A stretch of 64,000 nt of DNA from Lytechinus pictus (GCF_037042905.1 NC_087245.1:38006001-38070000), one strand, 5' to 3'. Counted from the first letter of the stretch, positions 51,431 to 63,473 are shown. Translations and numbers: made by a program. The notes: generated by a model not told the origin, from the letters alone.

Positions 51431-54400
51431 TGTAACATCTGGAGATATTTTCCTTTATGTTTGTATATTGAGGGACACACTATCGAAAGACCAAAGTATG
51501 TATCTTGGAGTTGATGTTTATATGATGTATCTTGGAGTTGATGTTTATATGATCTGTTGGAATACACAGTATATTTCATGGTGGCAGCGGTGGGATCTGA
51601 TCCCGCTAGTGGTGACATTAGACTGTGATGATGCCCTACGGAAATGTGAAATGATAGGGAAGGAACTTTGCGATGTCTGTGCGATGTCTGCCTGAGCCGT
51701 CGCTGTAGTCCCACATATACGGATCGCGGTGAGTTTTCACTGTACTTACAGCCCCATTCTCTGTGCTTGCAGCTTAGTGAATTTGTGCAGCTGTGTGTGA
51801 CCGGTGAACTAAAACGTCAATATGAATGACTCCGTCGTGCCAAAATTGTCCTGGGAAGATGAAGATCTCCCAGGAGCCATTCAAATATTCAAACAGCAGT
51901 GTGAATTGTACTTCTCCGTGAAAAATGTCAGAGAGGAGAAACAGGTGGATCACATTCTGCTTTTCATGGGCACCCCTGGCCTCCGCATGTATAATTCATG
52001 GGACTTAGCAGAAAGAGACAGGAAGAACATCGCAGTTGTGTGGAATCGGTTTGAAAAGCAGCTTAAACCAAAGTCCAATTTCAGAGTCGCCCGCCTATAC
52101 TTACAGAGATTTCGCCAGCAAGAGAGTGAAACTGCTGATAGTTTTGTGTCCAGACTGAAACTACATGCACAGACTTGCCAATTTCGCGATGACAGAGAGT
52201 TCGCTGACAGAGTCGTTGAACAATTCATTGCTGGCACGCGCCACACAGAGCTCCAAAAGCAGTTACTGGGGCAAGATGAACTGAATATTCAGCAGTGCTT
52301 GGACTACGCAAGAACTCATGAAGCTTCTATCTCGCACATGCAACAACTCGCAGGTGTGCGTTCGCAGTTGTCCCCAGCAGTCCACGTAATCCAACACAAA
52401 CGAGATTGCAGGAACTGTGGGAGGAGCCATTCTTTCTCGTCACGTGAATCTTGTCCAGCGTATAATACGACATGCAACAGCTGTGGTAAGAAGAACCACT
52501 GGTCAAAGATGTGCCGATCAAAGCAAGGTGTGCAAGCATCTCGTGGTCGACAACAGCGTGATTCAAGCGGTCGCGATCGCGAACGTCGACAACAGACACG
52601 GTCCATCTCGCATAAGCGTGGGAAGCAGAGGAGTTCTTCTCGCAATACACGGACAGCTACTCGTGATGTGCACTACACTGATGCGCACACACCGCCTGCC
52701 AAGGATGACACAGGTAGTGAGAGTTTTGACCAGCTGTCATTAAATGCTATCTTCACTTCGCTTGATGCGATTTCTGACCAAAGTGATGACGAAGCATTTA
52801 CACGCATACAGATCCGTCAAGATGAACAAGAACGTATTATAAACCTCCTTGTTAAGGTTGACACCGGCTCGCAGGTGAACACGATACCTCTACGCGTATA
52901 CCGCCGCATGTTTCCCTCAAATCTTGATGCCGATGGTTTTCCCCGAAAAGGCCATCTAAAGGATACCAGCTGTGTCCTGACAGTATACAATGAAACGGCG
53001 ATTAAACATTATGGAACAGTCACATTACCCTGTCGTCATGGTAACACTGGGTGGATTAATGCTGACTTCCACGTTTGTGACACCAGCAGACCAGCAATTC
53101 TCGGTTTACGCACATCAAAAGCGCTTCAACTGGTGGCCCTCACTTTCTCCATAGATTCGCGAAGTGTACAAGACAACACACAGCGTGACCCCATCCGCTC
53201 GGTAGCTGACCTGAAGTCGCAATACCCGCAACAGTTTGACGCGATCGGTGATTTCGCTGGAGAGTACCACATTGTACTAAATGATGGCGCCCATCCTGTG
53301 GTGCATGCTCCCCGTAAGTGCTCAATCCATATCCGCGACGAGCTGAAAGCTGCACTCGATGACATGGAAAAACAAGGTGTCATTCGCCGAGTCACTGAGC
53401 CCACCGACTGGGTCAGCAGTCTAGCCATCTCGCGCAAGGCAAACGGTCAGCTACGCATATGCTTAGACCCAAAGGACTTGAACAGTGCAATCAAACGGTG
53501 TCACCACACTACACCTACCGTCCAGGAAATTACGCACAAGCTCACAGGAGCCACGGTGTTCAGCAAACTGGACGCAAAACATGGGTATTGGTCAGTGCAT
53601 TTGGATGCAGAAAGCCAACTGCTGACCACGTTCAACAGCCCGTTTGGAAGGTATAGCTACAAGCGTATGCCATTTGGCCTAGTGATGAGCCAAGATGTGT
53701 TCCAGCACCGAATGGACCAGATCCTAGAGCAGTGCACTGGCGTCATCGGGATCGCAGATGACATTGTCGTGTTCGGGGACTCACAGCAGTCACATGATAG
53801 AAATCTGCACGCCTTGATGGAGGTTGCAGCTAAGTCAGGTCTGAAATTCAACAGCAATAAGTGCTCCATCAATCAGGAACGAGTCGTTTTCTTTGGCATG
53901 GTCTATGACAAACATGGTGTCCATCCGGATCCAGCAAAGGTCCAGGCAGTGAGATCTATGCCAACTCCACGCGACAAGACTCAACTCCAGGAATTTTTGG
54001 GGATGGCTACCTACCTGAGCCCGTTCATCCCCAATCTCTCTAGCCGTACAGCAGATCTTCGTGAGCTTCTTCGGCAAGACAATGAGTTCGTTTGGTCTGA
54101 GAATCATCAGCGAGCTATGGATGACATACGCGATCAGATCTGTGAGAGTGCTACCCTACGTTACTTTGACCCCAACAAGGAGAGCATTGTACAGGTAGAC
54201 GCATCATCTCGCGGATTAGGAGCTACACTTCTCCAAGATGGAGAACCCATCGCGTTTGCATCAAAAGCGCTGAGTGATGCTGAGACCCGATATGCCAACA
54301 TTGAACGTGAAATGCTCGCGGTCGTCTTCGGATGTGAGCGGTTTCATATGTATGTCTTTGGTAAGCATTTCACAGTCGAATCCGATCATAAACCGTTGCA

Positions 54401-56392
54401 AATGATCCACCAGAAGCCGCTTACCTCAGCGCCACCGCGTTTACAGCGTATGTTACTACGCCTCCAGCAGTACGATTTTAACTTAATCTACCGCCCAGGG
54501 AAGGAAGTCCCAATTGCTGATAGTCTGTCGCGGTCTCCAGGAAATGACAACACGCATATCGCACTCGACATGCAAATCAACCACATCCAGTTCACAGAGC
54601 AACGAATTGCAGATGTTAAGCGAGAAACCGACACGGATTCAACACTATCGCAGTTGAAATGTATCATAGGCCAAGGATGGCCAGAGCGTATGAAGGACCT
54701 TCCATCTCAGCTCAGACCGTATTGGTCATTCCGTGATGAGCTGTCAGTTGAAGATGGAATCATCATGAAAGGTCCCCGTGTTGTAGTGCCAAAGTCAATG
54801 CATGAGTATGTGTTAGGAAAGTTGCATGAAGGCCATCAGGGTTCTACGAAAACGAAGCTACGTGCACGCGATTGTGTATATTGGTTGAATATCAATAGCA
54901 ATATCGAGAGTGTCGTAAACCAGTGCGCGACATGCCAAAAGCACCAGAGATCACAGCCTAAGGAGGAGCTACTCCCTCACGAGCTTCCAACACGACCTTG
55001 GCAGATTTTAGGCACAGATCTGTTCCATTTCGAAGGTCGCGAGTACCTGATCATAGCAGATTATTACTCAAAGTTCCCATTAGTTCGCAGAATGCCCGTC
55101 GAGTGTACAAGCAAAGCTGTCATTGAAGCTACGCAACAAATCTTCTCTGAGCATGGCATACCCGAGAAGGTTGTAAGTGACAATGGTCCGCATTTCGCCT
55201 CCTCAGCATACAAGGAATTCGCTAGCAATTGGAATTTCGCGCACGTCACATCGTCGCCACATTTTCCTCAGTCGAATGGATTCGTTGAGCGAGCAATACA
55301 GACCATCAAGCGTACATTAGCGAAAGCGACATCGTGCAAGCAGAATATCAACATGGCCCTTCTCTGTTTACGCACAACCCCAATCGACAGCGAATTGCCT
55401 AGTCCAGCAGAGCTTCTTTGTGGTAGGAAGTTCAAAAGCAACCTGCCCCTAGTGATACACAACACATCATCGCGCAAGGAGCAACATTACCAGCGTCTAC
55501 AACAGCGACAAGATCAACAGAAAGCGTATCATGATCGATCTGCACACAATCTGCAGCCGTTGAGACCCTCACAACGCATTATGGTCCAAGATGCACGCAC
55601 GCATTTGTGGATTCCGGGACAAGTTGAAGAATGTTGTGATGAGCCTCGTTCGTATACAGTCGTTACCTCCAATGGTCGTGAGCTACGTCGCAATCGACAA
55701 CAAATTCGCGATCTTGAGCCAGCTAAGAAACGCGTAACTTTTGATGAAACCCCCCACTACGCTAGCACTCCTGAAACGCGGCAACGCGAACAGACACATG
55801 AACAGCAGTCACGTGATACTAGACCACGTGATCCCAAAGTTGTAGAGAACAAACACCAGCAAATGACCAGGTCTGGAAGACTAATCAGACCCCCAGACAG
55901 GTTTACCATGTAAATTTGCATATTCGATACACAGTGATGTTCATGTGTTGGTTTTTATTCATGTTCAAATGTCCTTTGATATTACTATGTTCATGTACAA
56001 TATATGTGATTCAAGATGCAGTGTTAAGTTGCAAAATGTGGAATCCGTGTAATAACATTTAAAATGTTACACGTTATACATTCTTTTTTTTTTTTTTAAT
56101 GTCTTTGTGTACTCTGAAACAAAGGTGACCATTCTCAATTGTGAAGATGTTATTTTTTTTCATAAATAGAGAATAAGTACTTCTCAGTCAGAGTGTTGTG
56201 TATGCATTCCTTTTAAATAGTTGCCAAAAAAAAATTAGACATGTGTGAAGAATTGATATAGTTGTGGTTTTTTTACCTAAGGGACAGATGTTGTACATGT
56301 ATGTGTTTAAGTTGTTTGACACTTTAATGTTACCAGAATAACCATGTGAAAAGCATGACATGTTATTATTCAGTTTTAGATACTGAAGGTAC

Positions 56393-56423
<31 letters not shown>

Positions 56424-56894
56424 TAACCAGTGCACATACCAAATATCCCATCTTTGCAGTAAAGTTATGAAGAAAACAGTGTTTGAACCATTTTACACAA
56501 GTTAGTACCGACTGAGTGAATTATGATAATAGAAGTGTATAACAACAGTTGCTTATTATACAGGACATAATTAATGTGAAGTCAGTTATGCAAATTACAC
56601 ATAGATATTTGTTCAGTTTTATTACAACCATAGTAATGATATGGTAAAAATCAATTCATATGGATGTTTAATTGCCTGATGGTGCACACAAGGTTATATA
56701 TAAATTAGAAAGGTTATCTCACTCTTATTCTTAAAAAAAAGGGGGATGTAACATCTGGAGATATTTTCCTTTATGTTTGTATATTGAGGGACACACTATC
56801 GAAAGACCAAAGTATGTATCTTGGAGTTGATGTTTATATGATGTATCTTGGAGTTGATGTTTATATGATCTGTTGGAATACACAGTATATTTCA
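51431..56894 (+). mobile_element. Ty3/Gypsy Mag-clade (SURL-like) LTR retrotransposon, intact
   Basis: Identical 148-bp LTRs at 51431-51578 and 56747-56894, TSD CTATC, tRNA-Leu PBS TGGTGGCAGCGGTGGGAT at 51579-51596, PPT A8-GGGGGA before 56747. Confidence 0.97.
51822..55913 (+). CDS. Gag-Pol polyprotein (1363 aa) of the Mag-clade element
   Basis: Two CCHC knuckles (CRNCGRSH..C, CNSCGKKNHWSKMC), protease VDTGSQ, RT IADD, RNase H VDAS, integrase HEGH..CATC with D-D-E, and C-terminal TRSGR. Confidence 0.96.
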   Translation: MNDSVVPKLSWEDEDLPGAIQIFKQQCELYFSVKNVREEKQVDHILLFMGTPGLRMYNSWDLAERDRKNIAVVWNRFEKQLKPKSNFRVARLYLQRFRQQESETADSFVSRLKLHAQTCQFRDDREFADRVVEQFIAGTRHTELQKQLLGQDELNIQQCLDYARTHEASISHMQQLAGVRSQLSPAVHVIQHKRDCRNCGRSHSFSSRESCPAYNTTCNSCGKKNHWSKMCRSKQGVQASRGRQQRDSSGRDRERRQQTRSISHKRGKQRSSSRNTRTATRDVHYTDAHTPPAKDDTGSESFDQLSLNAIFTSLDAISDQSDDEAFTRIQIRQDEQERIINLLVKVDTGSQVNTIPLRVYRRMFPSNLDADGFPRKGHLKDTSCVLTVYNETAIKHYGTVTLPCRHGNTGWINADFHVCDTSRPAILGLRTSKALQLVALTFSIDSRSVQDNTQRDPIRSVADLKSQYPQQFDAIGDFAGEYHIVLNDGAHPVVHAPRKCSIHIRDELKAALDDMEKQGVIRRVTEPTDWVSSLAISRKANGQLRICLDPKDLNSAIKRCHHTTPTVQEITHKLTGATVFSKLDAKHGYWSVHLDAESQLLTTFNSPFGRYSYKRMPFGLVMSQDVFQHRMDQILEQCTGVIGIADDIVVFGDSQQSHDRNLHALMEVAAKSGLKFNSNKCSINQERVVFFGMVYDKHGVHPDPAKVQAVRSMPTPRDKTQLQEFLGMATYLSPFIPNLSSRTADLRELLRQDNEFVWSENHQRAMDDIRDQICESATLRYFDPNKESIVQVDASSRGLGATLLQDGEPIAFASKALSDAETRYANIEREMLAVVFGCERFHMYVFGKHFTVESDHKPLQMIHQKPLTSAPPRLQRMLLRLQQYDFNLIYRPGKEVPIADSLSRSPGNDNTHIALDMQINHIQFTEQRIADVKRETDTDSTLSQLKCIIGQGWPERMKDLPSQLRPYWSFRDELSVEDGIIMKGPRVVVPKSMHEYVLGKLHEGHQGSTKTKLRARDCVYWLNINSNIESVVNQCATCQKHQRSQPKEELLPHELPTRPWQILGTDLFHFEGREYLIIADYYSKFPLVRRMPVECTSKAVIEATQQIFSEHGIPEKVVSDNGPHFASSAYKEFASNWNFAHVTSSPHFPQSNGFVERAIQTIKRTLAKATSCKQNINMALLCLRTTPIDSELPSPAELLCGRKFKSNLPLVIHNTSSRKEQHYQRLQQRQDQQKAYHDRSAHNLQPLRPSQRIMVQDARTHLWIPGQVEECCDEPRSYTVVTSNGRELRRNRQQIRDLEPAKKRVTFDETPHYASTPETRQREQTHEQQSRDTRPRDPKVVENKHQQMTRSGRLIRPPDRFTM

Positions 56895-57349
56895 CTATCC
56901 ACCCATCCTTTTGATGATCATGCCATTGCCGTGATTTGTGGCTCTAGGTATATCATTCATTCAACCTTCTTGTTTTCTAAGATTGCTCAACTGCTTAACC
57001 TGTATGAATGCTTCTCATGATAACCAAATTCTGAAATTCTAATAATCAAAGTTTCAACACATTCAAGAACCTCTGTAGGTTTAGTAACAATATAGGCTAC
57101 CCGTATATAGACAGAAAATAACAGATAATTATGTTTTGGATTGTCCATTCTGATCTAGTTTAAGAAAGACATTGTATTACAATGTCAAATCATGTACACT
57201 CGTAGTTGTACCGATGTAGTTGTAGTGAAATATTCTATTCTCTATACATGCATGATAACTTCACAATGATGTACCCAGTATCATATTTAATATACCATAG
57301 GTTCCTTGTAGCTTAAACTATGACTGTTATAAGTGCATGTATTGTTTCC

Positions 57350-57500
57350 NNNNNNNNNNNNNNNNNNNNNNNNNNNNNNNNNNNNNNNNNNNNNNNNNNN
57401 NNNNNNNNNNNNNNNNNNNNNNNNNNNNNNNNNNNNNNNNNNNNNNNNNNNNNNNNNNNNNNNNNNNNNNNNNNNNNNNNNNNNNNNNNNNNNNNNNNNN
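57350..57500. other. Assembly gap
   Basis: Run of N. Confidence 1.
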
Positions 57501-57802
57501 AAAATACAAAAGTAAAGAAAAGAATTCAAATGAAAAGAAGAAAAAAATAAACGAGAGAACAAAAGAAAATGTAGAAAAAAAATAAATGGATGATGTATGT
57601 AACACATGTACTGTAAAGGAATATTTTAATTTTATCTTGATAATTGCATTTAAGTAAGATTAGTTTGTTAGGTTAAATGTTAAAGTTTGAGTGGAGGTTA
57701 GGGTTAGTATTATGTTAGCTTTAAGCTGCTGCATTGGGCAATTTATAGGGATCTATTATAATATCATGCCTTGCTTACTGATGCTTGGTAATGACATAGC
57801 AG

Positions 57803-58395
57803 TGTAGGACTGTTATTTTGACATTTGGTTTCCTGTAATAGTTTAGTTATTTGTAGTTCAAGCTTTGGTATTTAGTTCAGCTTTGTTTAAATTCTCCATG
57901 CTTCTGTTGTCATCCATTTATATTCGACTTTCAACCTACTTCTCCTGTCATTCCTTTCCTATTCAGATGTGTTCATTAATTACATTCCCACGTCTGATTC
58001 TTTTGTTCAACATTCTTATTATGTAATCATCCCAACATCTTATTCATCTCCATCCTCTATCTCTTATTGGTTATTTTTATGAATTAGACTTTTCCACTTT
58101 CAGTTGGCTCCTCCATTCTCTTGATTTTCATTGGTTGATTTTGTGTAATTTAAATATATGCTAATTTTGTTATTGCCATTATGAGTTTAGCTGAGGCAAA
58201 TTAGCCCAGCAAATAAAACAGTGCACTACCAGACTTCATCGAGTTAAGTTCCATTTTGTTCCTGTGTCATCGAGTTTAGTTCCCTCTTCTCCTCTCCGTT
58301 TGCTTCTGTTAGATGTATGATTGAGCTTATGTTATTCCCTTCTTCAGTTGAACATTTATTTTCCCCCATAAACTGTATCATTTTACAACCCCACA
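57803..58395. mobile_element. Solo LTR (593 bp) inserted in the outer 3' LTR
   Basis: TGTAGGACTGT...ACAACCCCACA termini and a 4-bp TSD GCAG; the sequence is absent from the 5' LTR copy. Confidence 0.72.
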
Positions 58396-58900
58396 GCAGT
58401 ATTTAGTAAGGCACAGGGTATAAATAGGAGACACAGTTTTAGTTAAGAGTTGTTATGAGTTGTTATTGAGTGTGCATGGATCCACCACTGAAAGCGTACC
58501 GGCCTGAGGAAGCACCATACCCCGGCAGCTACACTACAGCTAGGACCCAGAGCGCTCTGCAACGACCTCTTCGACTTCATCTTCCTGAGCATTCCAGGCC
58601 TTCATCGACTTCGAGATCCATATCTTAAGGTTAGATTTATAGCGCATAAGTTATCATAGTTTGCAGTCTAAGTTTATAGGCCACGATACAATACTAACTT
58701 TGAATAATAGTGTTACTTGGCGGGGACTTTTGGGGCTTGGGATTTGAATTTAATATCTATTTTGAACAATGTTAAATGATGTATGTAGTAGTATGTGTTG
58801 ATATCGTCTGATCGTTGCTTATACTTTATTTATAGAATCTAGCTCCTCACTTTTTTTTAACTATTTTAGTGAACACTTGATTGAATGAAGAATAATCGAG

Positions 58901-61900
58901 ATGGCAACAACATCTTCCATTTCATCATCCGGGGTTTCATGCGAAGAAGATCCTCCTGTCATGATAGAAGACGTCCTTATAGATGAGATGCCAACTAGAC
59001 TAATTAAGGTTGGAGGAGAGTTTTCAGAAACCAGCAATGGTGTTTTTCCAAAAGTTCTCTTCCTAGTCATTCCAGGTAACTTCATTTGATTAACATAAAA
59101 AATAACATTAGAAACATTTTATAAATACAGTTCTCTAAAGATATTTCACTTATCTAACAATTCAAGATAGAAGGAGATTAATCCAACTATTTCGTGCAGA
59201 ACATCAACAGATGCTTACCTGACTTATAATTTGTGATTGACTATGACTTTGATACGATTTTTATTTTACCTTCTTTTTTGTGTGTTTAATATCTAATTAT
59301 GAAAAATATAAATTAATCTCATCTTCATTCATAATCTTTAAGTTCATTCTGAAATTTTCTTTGATTTTTAGGGCAATTCCATTCCAACAAAAACTTGATT
59401 TAGATCAGAATGAAAAGAGAAAAAGCAAAATCGAATGTGAATTTTAAGAAAGTTATGACATTTCAAGGTTTTGCTTAATTTCACAAAAACAGTTATATGT
59501 AAATTGTACTTGATATGAGGCTGGGTCTGATGACATCACATACAGCCATAGCCTCTCACTATTTTTGTTTTGTATTATATGTAAATTCAAAATATCTTTT
59601 TCCCCTCATTACAATGTGAAACATATTGTGATTCAATGAAAATACCACCTCATTGTCAAATCTGCAAGAATTAAGAATATTAAATATATTCAAAAATAGT
59701 GTGTGACATCGACTCTCATTTACATACAATCCATGTTGTGCATGTTCTGTGAAAATAAGCAAAACATATATAGTTATGACTTATGACATTATTTTCATCC
59801 AATTTTTATGAATTTTTCAGCATTAAGCTTCCTTGATTTTCTTTTATTCAAATCCACTTTTTTTGGGTGGACTTAGCTAAATTAAATCACATTTTATATG
59901 GCTCTTTTTTTGGGGGATCAGAATTTATTGTAGCATCATTATATTTAAGATATTAAGTCTCACATCACAGGTATCATCTTTATTGTCNNNNNNNNNNNNN
60001 NNNNNNNNNNNNNNNNNNNNNNNNNNNNNNNNNNNNNNNNNNNNNNNNNNNNNNNNNNNNNNNNNNNNNNNNNNNNNNNNNNNNNNNNNNNNNNNNNNNN
60101 NNNNNNNNNNNNNNNNNNNNNNNNNNNNNNNNNNNNNNNNNNNNNNNNNNNNNNNNNNNNNNNNNNNNNNNNNCATTTATTTGTTTACTTATTTATGTAC
60201 TTATTTATTTATCATGTATTCATTTATTTTTTATACGCCCGTCCTAGATGGGACGTATTATGGTATCATGCTCGGTGTCCGTCCGTCTGTCTGTTCGTTA
60301 ACTTCTCCTTGTAAACGCGATAACTTCAGTTTGACTTAACCTAGGCTCATATAATTTGGTGTATACGATACTAGCATAGATCTCAGCAAGATCGATTTTG
60401 AGGTCAGAAGGTCAAAGGTGAAGTCACCACTTTCCACTTTTCTTGCTTGACAAATAACTCCATTTTCCATGTTACAGGCGGGCGTATTATGTGCTCGCCT
60501 TAGCGACACTCTTGTACATTTATGTATTTGTTAATTATATATTCTTAATATGCATTCGTTTATTCATTATATTATTTCTGGTTTTTTTTTTTTTTTTTGG
60601 GGGGGGAGCATTTTGAGTTTTGGTAGAGGTATGATGTAGGTCAATGTTACTTTCATAGCTATGATAATAAGATCTTTGTGTCCAATGTTTTGTCCCGACC
60701 CCGTCATTCTTAAACAGCTATGAGTCATGACTACTCATATCATTATGTTATATGTGAATGTGTAATTCTTTTATATTCATACTTTGTTCCTTCCTTCCAT
60801 TAAGATTGATTTGGCCACCGAAATACAAAATCTGAATTACCAACTCCCTATTCTATTCAAGATTATACTTAGCGAGTTTGCGGTATTAATCATACAAAAG
60901 AGAATTAAGCCATATCTGTTTCTGCATATTGAAATGAAACGCCAAGTGATACATGTACATACTTGTATAAATAATCATTTCTTTGTTGTATTTACACAGG
61001 CAATCCTGGTGTAGCAGAGTTTTACGAGGTATTCTGTCAGACGCTATACAAGGCAAGCAGCTACACCATTCCTGCATGGGCAATATCTCATGCAGGGCAC
61101 AGTGAGGTTCCATGTAGCTTACAGGAAAAACTAAAAGGTACAAGGGGGGGGGTAGGCTGAAGGGTGATGCAAAATAATATTAGATGGTGATTGCTCCTAT
61201 TAGTAATTACGGAAGATCATGAAATTGAAAAGATAAGCATTTGCTAATGATATAGTTCATTTCATTTCTTGATATCTTCTATAATTACAAAAATATTGCA
61301 TGGTGGAAACTTTGTTTACTTCTTTAGATCATCTTATGAATATTCTCCCATCATTCCCATTATTTATGTATGCTATTATTTTTGCAAATGTCAAATGCAA
61401 AAACCTGGCAGAGAGTTTTTTTAGAACTGGCATGCGATCAACATTTATTTTCATGTAAAATCGCTTAATTTCATATGCTCCACATCCTAACTGTTTTGGG
61501 GCATATATGTATTCATATCGTCTAGTAGAAGTAGTAATGAATTGTAATCGTCATAGTCACATTTTGATGGTGTAGCAGGTTTCACGCTACACCATGTATC
61601 TTTCTTGGGCAAGTGTCGGGACTGAAAAGGACCACCCAATCTCGATGTATGGACAAGTGTGTTCTTGTCGTCCTTAGGAGAAGTGTGTTCTTGCCTTCAG
61701 GAGAATGATTTCTCCTGAATTCTCCTGAATACGTCAAGAACACACTTGTCGAAACGTCGAGATAATAATAATAATAATAGTAACGGCAGCGGAAGATTGG
61801 ATGGTGCTTTTCAGGACCAACACTTGCCCTAGAAAGATACATGGTGTACTGTGAAACCTACTACACTATTCTTCTTCGCCAAGGAAACCTTCAGAAGTTG

Positions 61901-63473
61901 CACGTTTCGATGGATTTACCTAAGCTAGAGACAGTCTTTAAGAATTAATTGCAAGTACAAAGTTTCTTGAGTACTGAGATTTTAGAATACATTGTGACAG
62001 GGGCGGATCCAGGATTTTCCAAAGGGGGGGGGGGGGGGCAAATTTATCGGAGGAAAATTTTGACAAGCAAAAAAAAAAAGGTATTTTTTACATTAAAAAT
62101 TTTAATTTTGCTTCTCAAAAGGGGGGGGGGACATGTGCCCCCCCCCCTTGGATCTGCGCCTGCATGGTGATTACACCTCCAAACAGATTCCTCATCTTCT
62201 TTCTTCTCTGTTTCATTCCCTCAAGCAACAGACCGTGATGATGAGGTTTATAATCTCCAGCAACAGATAGAACATAAAATGGCTTTCATCGAAGACTACA
62301 TTCCTCCCGGGGTCAAGCTTATTCTGATAGGTCACTCAGTAGGTCAGTACATGGTTAATATCCAGCCTTGTGCTTGATATTCCTCTTCAGCCAAATGGCT
62401 GTTCTTCTAACGGTTCCATTTCACAATTTACTGCCAAGAAAGTATGTTATTATTTGTCAAAAAAGGAAGAAAATTTTCAAATTTTTGTGATACAGCTCAG
62501 CTGCTTAATTTTTTTTCCATCATGTGATGATGAATTCATGAATGTTTAAACATAAATGAAAGTAAAGTGATATTTGAAGCCTCTGATCACATTACAAATG
62601 TATTTCAAAATAATTCCATGTTAATAATAATAAATTTAAAAAAAACCAAGAGAATGCATGCTGTAACCAGACTTCAATTTTCATTGTATTCATTAGGGAT
62701 CTATAGGAATTATTTTGCATTTAGTTTGGGTTATTTTCACACGATGCCTGTATTCTCTCTTTCTGTTTATTTTTGTTTTGTTTATCTGTGTGTTTCTTTA
62801 TATTTCGTCCCTGTTTGCTTGATAAAAGTTCCTTGAATACTTTTGTGAAAAGAAAGATTAACTTTGAAAATATGCATGTCTCTCTCTCTTTCTCTCACTC
62901 TGCCACCTTCTCTCTATATACCATTGTGTTGGTTCAGTTGGTAGAGCGTCCGTCTCACAACCGGGAGGTCGGGAGTTCAAACCCTGGCCGCGTCCGACCA
63001 AAAGACCTTAAAAGATGGGAGTTGCTGCTACCCTGTTTGGCGTTCAACGATTAAAGGGATAGAGCCTCGTCGATCTGGCGCTGCACAGCGGCTGCCCGGC
63101 CCACGATCAATTGGGCAAAGCAAATTTTCGGAGTATTTCATTTCATGCCTATTTCGAATAATAAAATATGGATTTTCATTTTTTTCATTTTCATTCACAC
63201 TCTCTCCCTCTCTTTCTCAACTGATATTTCTCTGAAAACTCAGGATGCTACATCATTGTGGACCTCATCCGTCGCATGCCCAAACTCAACCTGTTGAGGG
63301 CGGTGTTGCTGTTCCCTACTGTGGAGCATATATGGGACACCCCAAACGGGCGGACGATAGGGAGTATGGTGGTTTACCTGAGGTGGGCTGCCATAGCGCT
63401 GTCATATATCAACTACTACCTCTCTGATTGGGTCAAGTGGAGACTCGTACAATGGTGGTTTCGAGGCAGAAAA
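58901..63473 (+). CDS. LDAH: Lipid droplet-associated hydrolase (alpha/beta hydrolase), continues past the window
   Basis: Exons 58901-59075, 61000-61137, 62226 (or 62232)-62342 and 63244-63473 give LVIPGNPGVAEFY, WAISHAGH, QQIEHKMAF, the nucleophile motif GHSVG and LLFPTVEH..DTPNG. A splice acceptor at 58868-58869 precedes the ATG, implying an upstream non-coding exon. Confidence 0.92.
59988..60173. other. Assembly gap
   Basis: Run of N. Confidence 1.
60226..60515 (+). mobile_element. Short HINE-type element of a different family
   Basis: Subterminal IR ATACGCCC/GGGCGTAT, (GTCC/GTCT)n microsatellite, AGGTCA core and a 3' CTTGT end. Confidence 0.7.
61570..61866. mobile_element. Palindromic Penelope-derived element with two back-to-back degenerate hammerhead motifs
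   Basis: Imperfect ~110-bp inverted arms. + strand: TCTC-CTGAATA-C-GTCAAG(AACACA)CTTGTC-GAAA-CG-TC-GAGA at 61721-61762. - strand counterpart at 61640-61681. Confidence 0.68.
61998..62163. mobile_element. hAT-type MITE
   Basis: TIR CAGGGGCGGATCCA / TGGATCTGCGCCTG with poly-G/poly-C subtermini. Confidence 0.7.
62922..63196 (+). mobile_element. tRNA-derived SINE with a (TTTCA)n tail
   Basis: TGGTTCAGTTGG A box, GTTCAAACCC B box, non-tRNA body and (TTTCA)n tail. Confidence 0.78.

Larger units (their letters stand above)
31193..58690 (+). mobile_element. Non-autonomous Gypsy-type LTR retroelement (gag plus pol stub), scaffold of a nested insertion cluster
   Basis: 5' LTR 31193-32707 (TGTATT...ATACA, interrupted at 31199-32330). 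3' LTR 57706-58690 (interrupted at 57803-58395). The 3' halves of the LTRs are near-identical and the 5' parts more diverged. PBS TGGCGTAGTCGGCA at 32713-32726; purine-rich tract before 57706. No matching TSD was found and a gap lies inside, so LTR pairing is not proven. Confidence 0.75.

Noticed and set aside
57287-57607. ORFs spanning N runs (also 59925-60339)
   Set aside because: Assembly-gap artefacts.
62925-63000. tRNA-like sequences (also about 7398-7456, 8222-8285, 12020-12085, 12270-12335)
   Set aside because: Poor acceptor stems and, in most cases, continuation into SINE bodies and tails; these are SINE heads rather than tRNA genes.
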